This document shows, piece by piece, positions 10,961 through 19,878 of a DNA stretch of 64,000 nucleotides; position 1 is the first letter of the stretch, and every line of letters begins with the position of its first letter. The stretch is from Euprymna scolopes (taxonomy: Eukaryota): the NCBI GenBank assembly GCA_053919585.1, contig CM132800.1, one strand, 5' to 3'. The notes beneath the pieces are model-generated. The model worked only from the letters and a program-made list of their open reading frames with translations. It searched no databases and was not told the DNA's origin. A program made the position numbers and the translations under genes.

Positions 10961-11856
10961 TTTACTCCGCAATATTTAACGCAGCTAATTAAATAATTTA
11001 TATGTTTGAACAATTTCAGAAGAAATTCATAATATATACATCGAATCGTGACGTCCTAGGATAATTCCGTTTATTATAGTGGGTAACAAAACTATTTACT
11101 TAAGATAGATAACCTTATAAGTAGAATAATACTCACACTATATGTTATCAGTAACTTTAGCTGTTATTTACCTAAGGTATGTATATCTTTTACTATTGAG
11201 CTGAAACTCCGTATAATGACAAAAAATAGGTTAAAATATACAGATTGAAAGGATAAAGCTAGTTATTTTATTTAACAAGCGGAATATAATATCTTATAAA
11301 ACGGACACTGGACACATGTGGCATATTTTAGAAATGTGAGGCTATATGCTCAAGATAAAGTTTACACATAAGGGTAAGAAGCAAAGCAGTTAAGGCAAAG
11401 ACTTGCATTGCAATTTTAGCAATAAGTTAGTGACTTACTATTGCAAGACTTATTTATATAAGTTCATACATCATAAAACAAATAAAATTAAGCAGATTAC
11501 ATGAGAATATTTTAAGAGTTCCAGCAACACTCGGGGAGAAATTGATAAATATTAATGAATTTTATTCTTTCTTTTGTTTAATTACGAAGTAAGCAGTGCT
11601 ATTATATATTATCTTATGAATTTAAAAAAAAAAATTATTTGGTGTCTGATTTATAGGAACGTGGTATCTAATGGGTTGAATGGAAAAAAATTGAAAAATA
11701 AAATTATACCATATCCTCGCTTAGAATCTTCTCCACACGAACAACAAAAGCTTCCTGGTTCGGTTGTTTCTTTGTGCTAGTAAATGTGTGGCAAAGTAGG
11801 TTACTTACCGAATTTCTCTTGAGGGTTGGACTTTTGCAAGGAAGTTTCACCGTCTT

Positions 11857-11930
11857 CCTACATATTGTATTCCGAAATGATCACACATCTGGTACAAGGG
11901 AGGCTTATATCGCTTAACTTCGAAAAGCTT
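11857..11930 (-). pseudogene. Highly degenerate 5S rRNA-derived fragment (pseudogene or SINE3 head)
   Basis: Plus strand CCTACA..GTATTCC...GATCACACATC.GGTAC..AGGC...GCTTAACTTCG follows the block order of the 5S rRNA reverse complement (compared from memory). Confidence 0.35.
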
Positions 11931-11994
11931 GAAAAATAATTAAAAGTTTCCATAAAATAAAAGATTTATACACCTTACTGAAACCATAATCCTT

Positions 11995-12080
11995 CTCCCG
12001 ATAGCGCTCTATAGAACGAACATCTAGTTACGGCCAGTTCCTTATCTGACGTCGCTTTAGACCATACGACCAACGTGCTG
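11995..12080 (-). mobile_element. Possible tRNA-derived SINE head
   Basis: Minus strand TTGGTCGTATGGTCTAAAGCG resembles a tRNA-Leu/Ser D-arm; a degenerate B-box TGTTCGTTCT lies downstream. Confidence 0.3.
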
Positions 12081-12315
12081 GTTTTATACGCCCTTGCTAT
12101 CGGAACAGAACTTAAAATATATGAGAAACCCCCATATTATGAGAAATTTATTATTACAACTTCTAGTTCATTTTTTGAATTTTTTATAATTTTAAAGTCA
12201 TAACTTAAATCAAATATAGTAAAAGTCATATTAGGTTATTTGTCGATTTAAATGCGAACGTAGACCCTAAAGATTGTTATACACCATTTGATTAAAATAA
12301 AATATATTTCTATTA

Positions 12316-12679
12316 TATTTGGATTGTACGAACTAGTTTTCTATTCTTGGGTGTCGTTTTCACAACGTTTCGATCGATTTCACATACGACCTTCGCCGGG
12401 TGTATATTGTCAAACTTTGGAATTTTTCTGTCGAATTCGGGAATCTAGACGAGATTTCAAACGGAAGCTGTTATCCACTACACAGGGGTAGCATGCTCTC
12501 ATTCTGTCAGCGCTCCCTGGACAGAGATCCAAAGTAAATCGCAATTGTATTTTGTGGTTGCCCACACTGAGAGTTCCCAAGTTCTACTAGATAGATTTGA
12601 AGAAAATTGAGAGTTACATCGACGAAATATTGTGAAAATTACACTCAAGATGAGAACAGTAGCCCGAAGAATCCAAATA
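12316..12679. mobile_element. Family B element with inverted HHR-containing termini
   Basis: 12316-12402 is the inverted homolog of 12594-12679. Left arm minus: CAC-CCGGCGA-A-GGTCG-loop-CGATC-GAAACGTT-GTG. Right arm plus: TTGAAGA...TCGAC-GAAATATT-GTG. Confidence 0.75.
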
Positions 12680-13253
12680 ATACGAATAATTGATCCTCAT
12701 CCAAAGAATTCAGAAACGTAAAATATATTTGTCTATTCTGAATTATTCAGTGTAAGAATATAAGTGCTTGTAGGGGTTCATATTCTGAAGCTTAGAAGGT
12801 TTTTATGAATAAAAAAAGTAATAACTTTTATTCTATCAAGGCATGTTTACATGTTTACATGTTTGCATGTTCATCTATTTCTATGCAAAGAATCCCCTTT
12901 TAAACAAAACAACCGCACACTGTAAACCCGGGAAGACATCTGTCAGACGTCAGATGTCTAAAATGTGCTTTATGTAATTTTGTTAGGTTTTCTGCAATGG
13001 GGGTAAAATAAGGAGTTGGGAAAACCACACATCCAAATGTAAACACCTTCGATATTAACATATAAAGAGTATAAAGACTAAACATCCAGAAACTAAAAGG
13101 AAAAAAATAAAGTTATAAAAAATACGCCCTATTTAATGTATTACGACCCTATAAGTTATGTACATAAATTCAGTAGTAAAAAAAAAAAAAAACATGGTCG
13201 GTTTTTTGGCGTTCCAGACACTACGGATATTCGTGTAAGCTATTCTTGTTATT

Positions 13254-13288
13254 ACTGCTGCTCCTGCTCCTGCTGCTGCTGCTGCTAC

Positions 13289-13340
<52 letters not shown>
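13254..13340. repeat. (CTG)n/(GAT)n microsatellite at the 3' tail of the SINE C copy
   Basis: Read directly; abuts the 3' end of the minus-strand SINE. Confidence 0.95.
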
Positions 13341-13342
<2 letters not shown>

Positions 13343-13550
13343 AATTTCGTATGAATCGGATGATTACTGTTGGCATTCGTTTTAAAGATATCTTTCTTGC
13401 AAGAATTATTTCTAGAAAGACCGTGAGTGCTTACGGGAGAAACTACGTGAATGCTGCCAACATCCCTAAGTGAAAGTGTGTTTGTGCAATGAACCATACA
13501 GAATCGAACTTAGCATAGCTAGATTGTCATCTTAGCAATCATCACCTCCC
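13340..13550 (-). mobile_element. tRNA-derived SINE, family C copy 2
   Basis: Minus strand GGTGATGATTGCTAAG...AAGTTCGATTC...CACACTTTCACTTAGGGAT...AAACGAATGCCAACAGTAATCATCCGATTCAT then (CAT)n; homologous to 9918-10098. Confidence 0.78.
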
Positions 13551-13571
13551 GGCTTTTGCTGTTGTTGTTTC

Positions 13572-13637
<66 letters not shown>
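13572..13637. repeat. (GAT)n microsatellite
   Basis: Read directly. Confidence 0.97.
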
Positions 13638-14007
13638 CGATCGAGCAATAAACGATGAATGTCCCGTCTGCATTGTTGTCAATGAGCATAGATATTGCTA
13701 CGGCTGCAGGATGGCCAGTATTCATTACCGAGATCTAGTATAGTGTGGTCCAGCTGAGGAGGTTTCACCCATTACATGTAAGGGAATTGCGGTTGCATAT
13801 TCGCAAAAGCAACAGTGTTGTCCGCACTAGATACAATTGCGGTTCCTCTCCTGATACGTGCTTTCAGGTCAGAGATCCAGAAACAAAGAACACAAGTGAA
13901 CGTAGGACGTTTCTTATATTTTATGTGTTGAACTAACACACCCCGACTGTTGCTACAACAATAGTGAACGGTTTTACTTAATGGCAGAAGCCTGTTGTTA
14001 ATTGCTT

Positions 14008-14126
14008 CGTTTGCTGGCACATACACTGAATTGCCTCCGTTATTGTAACACGAACATGAAAGGTTGTTAATATGAATAGACGTTCCGTTTGCTGGCACGC
14101 ACTGAATTACCGCGTTATTGTAACAC
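14008..14126 (+). repeat. Direct repeat of about 43 bp, two copies
   Basis: CGTTTGCTGGCAC..CACTGAATT.C..CGTTATTGTAACAC at 14008 and 14086; third degenerate copy near 14165. Confidence 0.8.
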
Positions 14127-15891
14127 ACAAAACGCAACACTGTTTATATATAGGTGGCTTATTTTTGTTTGCACACACACTGATTACCCACTTTTTTGTA
14201 AAATGTACACGAAATGCGGTTTATACATACAAACGTTGAAACAGACACACGTTCAAATGGTAGTTTGTTCTCTTTTCTTGTGTTTGTAAAAATAGGAGAA
14301 CGTAAAATCGTGTTTGATCGCGTAGGAAACAAAGTTGACAGTTTGTAAAAGAAGAAAAAATTACGAGTTGTTTGAAACTTTAGTAACTCGTACGAGGTGG
14401 CCGAGGAGGGAGGTGATGACTAACGACACAAGATAAGAAAATCAAAGATAAACTACTGCTGAGAGCAACGTCTTTGGATAATCGAGTTTTTAAAAACAAA
14501 GACATGTTTATCATCCTTTCCGTTCTAGTAAAAGAGATATTCGGCGAGAAAAAAATATCTACGGTAAGTCAGTAAAAAAAAAAAAAAAAACACTAAAAGA
14601 AGATAAACGAATAAGAAAACGTGCCGCTTCCTTTCTCCCTGAAACTAAGTAAAAGAAAAAGAAAAATCTGTCTTTTTTTATTTCAGATTGTAATATCGGA
14701 TTTTTACTAACTACTCACCTTTCTATTTTATTTTATTTTTTTTAGAAGATCGATAGAGTATTTACATTAAAATGCTTTTGGCCAGAGACCTGTGTACATC
14801 CAAATTTCATATTTACATATTCCAAAGCAGATGGGCGTAATAGTATGTAATATGGGGGTTTATTTTTTTTGATTTAGTTTTATGCAAAAGGCACACAAAT
14901 TAGTTCTGTTTCGATTCAAACATATAATTACCTGATTATATTCTTAATTTTTCCAATTGCTAAAATTGATTTTGATATTTACATTTATTATTTTATTTTT
15001 AGTAGTTTAATGTTATGGAAGCAGGGCTCTTTACTCTCACACTACGAACTACTCTTACTGCCACAGTAAAAGTCTGATTTTATTTAAAAAAAAAAAAAAG
15101 AGACTAATATTTTTTGTATGCACTGGGGCCTCTTTTTATTCAATCGTTTTGGTTGGATAATAGGCATTCTATTGACCAAACATTACACTTCTGCTTCATT
15201 GCAGAATTTTTATATTACATGAATTAAGTGAACGTAAAAAATTATGATTTGACTAATTTTCTTTTTATTTATCTATTTACAAATTATTTCTGTAATTAAG
15301 CGTGCAATTTGAGACTCACTTAGATATGTTATGCATGGTATGATGTTTATTTTATTTATTAATTTACTTATTTATTTATCCATTTATGTTATTCTTTTCA
15401 ACCAGGATCTATTATTTGTGTATAGCGTATTTTTGCACATTTTCTCTCCATTTTCTGATGTGGAGAGGAGATAATGCTATCCGTTTGTATTAATGTGATC
15501 ATTGGTTTTATTCATTTCATTAAATCGTAATTTTATTTTATTTTATTTACTATTTTTTTTCATTTATTTAAAGAAATATTAGTGTGAGGGTGTAGAGGTG
15601 GCGTCGTATATCAGAATATATATATGCTCACATGTAAACACATTCATGTAAACAAATCTCATTATATTTATTAGTTGTCTCAATTGTCAGTGTGCAATGA
15701 TTTCCTTCAGTTATATTTTATTGTTTATAGATATTTTTTTTAATTTTATTCAGATGACTTCTATTGTATTGAGGTTTAATATTATTGTACTGTTATCTAC
15801 TAGGAGAAGAGTGGTATTGTATTGTTACTGTACATGGTCAAAATATTTGAGTATCTCACTAGGTTGTGAAGTCAAAATGGTATGATTTAAG

Positions 15892-17390
15892 TTAACCAAG
15901 TTCATATCTAGTATTTAAATCAGGATGTAACTTGAAAATGAGCAGAGCTTCTTTTATGCGAAGATTTCCGGCGTTTCGCTCTGTAGCCAAGATGTTAAGT
16001 TTAATGAGTTTCTTGGTATTTTTGCAGGTATTAAGGTGTTTGAAATATGATGATGCCTGTGTTTGCGTGTACTCTTTAAGTCTGGTGTGTAAGGTTCTCA
16101 TAGTGCTTCCCACATAGAATTTGTTGAAGGTAGTGCATTCTAATTTGTAAACGAACTTAGTGCGGTGACAAATATTTGAAGTGGTCATAAGACATTTGGA
16201 CAATGTGCATGGAGGTAGGTTGCTTTGTGCGCGTGTGACTTGCTACTGCCTCAGAGATGGATCTGAGCGGGCACGGCGCATATTGAGGTCCTCTTTCCTG
16301 ATGACCTTGCGAATTGCTACTGTGATCTTGTTGAAGTAAGGTATTTTCAGGAAGCAAGTATTAGCTGTGAAGATTTGTGTTCGTTTTATTAGGCTCTTGA
16401 TGTGTTTAACCACAGGGTTGGGGTATCCATTAATTTTAAGTACCTGTTGAATTGTTTAGTGCAGATGGTCCTATCTGATAGATTGCTACCCTTCTTCTGG
16501 ATAAGGTTTACTTCATTAGTTGCGTATCCACAAAAATGTTTCTACTTGCGAGTTTCTGTAAAATCTATTTGCAATAATTTTTTCATCTGAGATCCCGAGG
16601 TTGAAGTCTAAAAGTAACAATGATCCACCTGTAGCAGGTTGTTTAATTCTAATTTGTATAAGTGGGTATGTACGGTAAAATGTGTTGTAGATGTTCGAGG
16701 TTTTCTCACGTGGTGTCATCATGTTGAGAATGTCGTCAACGTATTTCGATAGGAATAAGACTGAGCGGCACGTGTTTAGCACTTGCCATTCTAATCTATC
16801 AATGTATGAGATGGCCAGCAATCCTGAAAGATTAGATTCCATACGAATCTCCTGAGATTTGTTTGTATATGTGTTGCTTAGATATGAAGTATGTATCGTC
16901 GACAATTATTTGTAAGAGTTTGTGAATTTCAGAGGGAGTGAAGGTCTGAAGCCGAAGCAGTATATGGCATTAGAGGAGATGCGGTCAGTGATTAATCTAA
17001 TTATTGGGTGTATCTGGTACAGAAGGTGTAAAGAGAAACTACATCGAAACTTAAAGCATTTTTATGTTTAATTTTCTATGATTGAAGGGTGTGTATGCGG
17101 CGGAGTACCTCATCAGAACTGCTGACGTGTCCGGGAAAGGTTTGAGCAATTGAGATAGAAGTCGTGATATCTGTATAGGGTCCTTCGATACTGGTACCAA
17201 TTTGTCAAATCTGTATGGTTGTGCAATATTTCTGTGTCTTGACAAGGTTATAAAAGGTTTAGATTTTACTGTTTCTTGTGATGAAGTTGCGCTTGTATTT
17301 GTTTATCGAAATGTTTTATTTTATTTAGATGATTCTTATTCTACATATGCAGAGTTTATATGGACTTGTAGATGCGTAGATAAGATGTTG
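15892..17390 (-). mobile_element. Decayed Penelope-like retroelement: RT and C-terminal GIY-YIG endonuclease, frameshifted
   Basis: Motifs in order on the minus strand: ISRLLSQLLKP, SFDVVSLYT (17025-17051, manual), QEIRMESNLSGLLA, KYVDDIL, LLDFNL (16516-16905), then VYKLECTTFNKFYVGSTMRTLHTRLKE...IKEALLI..LHPDLN (15892-16203). Confidence 0.92.
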
Positions 17391-17479
17391 GAAAAAAGAA
17401 AATGAATATGATCTCTTAGGTAGAACACAATAATACCGAATAATTAATTATCGCTAAGAAAATCATCAACAAAAAATCC

Positions 17480-17507
<28 letters not shown>
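17480..17507. repeat. (AT)n microsatellite
   Basis: Read directly. Confidence 0.95.
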
Positions 17508-17509
<2 letters not shown>

Positions 17510-17510
<1 letters not shown>

Positions 17511-17930
17511 CAAATAGTTAATAAAATATGTTAAAAACACTTTGAAATGAGTTAAAAACATATTTAATCTGAAAAGGAAACACTAGATAAATGGATAGTC
17601 CTTAATCTGCGGAGTTTCGAAGAAATACTTTCCTTCTCATCAGAGGGTAGGAATTAGCAAAATGCGGGATCGGATTTTGCATGCAGAAGTATTTGATGAA
17701 ACAACAAGTAAGTCAAAGATCTTACTTGAAAACAAAAAAAGTGAAGCAGAGGGAATATGGTAAAGAAAAAAGTGATTACACACGAATGGATAGTCTGGTG
17801 GAAGAAGCTCTATTTCCTATTTGGTGTTATCGAGCTTTTATATCTGGCTGAGATAATTTTATAAATATAAATTCTTTAATATGTATAATTTACTTTAATT
17901 TTACCATCTTGGATCATTTTGGTAAATTCA
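17510..17930 (-). mobile_element. 3' end / pLTR of a second Penelope-like element, cut by the gap
   Basis: Minus strand 17880-17827 translates IKEFIFIKLSQPDIKAR*, matching the GIY-YIG terminus IKEALLIFKLHPDLNTR, followed by a UTR with an HHR. Confidence 0.7.
17599..17647 (-). ncRNA. Type I hammerhead ribozyme, near-intact
   Basis: Minus strand CCCT-CTGATGA-GAAGGAA-AGTA-TTTCTTC-GAAA-CTC-CGCA-GATTA-AGGA. Perfect core, 7-bp stem II, stem I CCU/AGG, one C.U mismatch in stem III. Confidence 0.8.
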
Positions 17931-18087
17931 NNNNNNNNNNNNNNNNNNNNNNNNNNNNNNNNNNNNNNNNNNNNNNNNNNNNNNNNNNNNNNNNNNNNNN
18001 NNNNNNNNNNNNNNNNNNNNNNNNNNNNNNNNNNNNNNNNNNNNNNNNNNNNNNNNNNNNNNNNNNNNNNNNNNNNNNNNNNNNNNN
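17931..18087. other. Assembly gap (157 N)
   Basis: N run. Confidence 1.
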
Positions 18088-18094
18088 TCTTATG

Positions 18095-18478
18095 ATATAT
18101 ACCAATCCTTATTTAAGAAGCTCAATGTAATTACAGAGAAATATAATGAGTAAATGACAAAAAACTATGTTCCAAAATTCATGATTTTTTACAGTATCTG
18201 TTTCGTAGCGCAAAATCAATCACTTAATTATTATATCAATCAATGAATCTATTATGCCCTTAACTCATCATTCATTCAAAATGGCGTAATGAAAACATAT
18301 TAATATGGGGTCAAAACACACTTTATTTCCTTTTGACGGATTGATTATTGCGTTTTTTCTGATGAGTGAAGGGCATAATAGATTCACTAATTAAATTGTA
18401 AATCTCAACTGAATTAAAGAAATAAATTATAAGATGGTTAACATCATGAACTTTGGAATATAGTCTTTTGTCATTTAT

Positions 18479-18482
<4 letters not shown>
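18095..18482 (-). mobile_element. Fold-back element, long copy of the 80-300 family
   Basis: Outer arms TAAATGACAAAA.ACTAT.TTCCAAA.TTCATGAT (18151-18185 / 18443-18477), inner arms TGAATCTATTATGCCCTT.ACTCATCA (18244-18270 / 18360-18386). 18095-18143 is the reverse complement of 250-298. Confidence 0.8.

Positions 18483-18537
<55 letters not shown>
18483..18537. repeat. (AT)n microsatellite
   Basis: Read directly. Confidence 0.97.
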
Positions 18538-18539
<2 letters not shown>

Positions 18540-18988
18540 GATGATAAATCGGAGTGTTTTTGATACCGGAATACGTATCGGAATGCTTACCAATTTTCCG
18601 TTGCCAAAAAACGATTTTTCCTCCCCGTTTTCATTAAAACTTAATATTATTTGAATGTAGTACTAATGGTAAAACGATAACCTTAACTGATTTAAAGCTA
18701 TTATCTAAAACACATACCTATAGCTCACTCCCAACGCGTGCATTTTTACGTGTGTACATATTATAGAGTTATTCCCGGTAATCCCAAAAAAAAATAATAC
18801 AACTCTGTAGCTAAATCTTGAGCGGTTAAAATAATAGAAATCGGTAACCAAATTGGAATGAGGAATTTAGTACAGAATCGATAATCGCATCAGAATCGCG
18901 AAAATTATTGAACTCGTGCCATGAAATACTTTCTGAAAATATGTAATATAGTGGAGGCATACTATACGATCTTTCTAGGTTACAATCG

Positions 18989-19023
18989 TATAATTTCAGT
19001 GATATAAGCATATTAATATAATT
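18989..19023 (+). repeat. Orphan first monomer of the 28-bp satellite
   Basis: TATAATTTCAGTGATATAAGCATATTAATATAATT, consensus-perfect, separated from the array by the LINE. Confidence 0.95.
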
Positions 19024-19878
19024 TTTTTTTTATTACATTTTCACCCCATACAAGGCACATTGCCACTTTGGTGTAGGGGGCTACTATCAGGGGAAACATC
19101 TACTGGGGCACTATGTAGGGATTAGGGCAGCGAGATGTTGGTTCACGTTGCACTTGAACTTATGTATGTCAGTACAGTTGGGGAAGCAGTGACCTGGAAT
19201 GGAATTCCAAAGTCTAGCAGTTCTGGGGAAGAAACTACTGGAGTAGAAAGATCTTTTACATCGAGGGATCTCTACAGTGTGGGGGTGGGATTTTGCAGCT
19301 TGTCGGGTCTGTCGAGGGTGTTCACGTCGTGGGGGCACAAGTGCTTGCAGTTCTTCGGAGCATTCACCATTATAATACTTGTAGAACAGGCAGAGGGATG
19401 CAACGTTTCGACGATGGGACAGAGGCTGAAGTTTTGATGCCAGTTTAGGGCCTATCAGATTTGCGACTCTCTTTTGAACCCTGTCAAGGAGAGAGAGACT
19501 AGTAGCCGATGCACCGGCCCAAATATGACAGCAATACTCCATACATGGGCGAATAGTGGCCTTATAGAGGTACAGGATACTTTCGGGTGTTAGAAGTTTT
19601 CTAGAACGGTAGAGAGAGCCCACCTTCCGCGCAGCGGCCCTGGCAATGCCCTCGATGTAATTGTTCCAGCTCATGTTTCCTGTGAACGTTAGGCCAAGGA
19701 GCTTGAAAGACGTACTCTCAGCTAAAGAGTTGTTGGCCATTGCTATAGGTGGTAGAGAAGGTTTCCTGTAATTATTGAATGAAACCAGTTTTGTCTTGGT
19801 GGCATTGAACGTTACCATCAATTTTTGTCCCCATTCCACTACTGATTTGAGGTCATCCTCTAGTGTTTCTGCCATTTC
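19022..19878 (-). mobile_element. 5'-truncated CR1-clade (Zenon-like) LINE, copy B, uninterrupted frame
   Basis: ORF from EMAETLEDDL to the stop at 19111 with no stops or frameshifts, about 82% aa identity to copy A by manual count, same 3'UTR, poly(A) at 19022-19031. Confidence 0.95.

Noticed and set aside
13285-13725. Poly-His and poly-Ile ORFs
   Set aside because: Translations of (GAT)n microsatellites and SINE sequence.
15715-15760. Expected HHR in the 3'UTR of the main PLE (minus CTGAATA...TAAAC)
   Set aside because: Too degenerate and AT-rich to support.
919-15885. Remaining short ORFs of 60-122 aa as host genes
   Set aside because: Low-complexity or repeat-derived, many with non-ATG starts, and no recognisable domains.
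17909-18130. ORFs spanning the N run
   Set aside because: Artefacts of the assembly gap.
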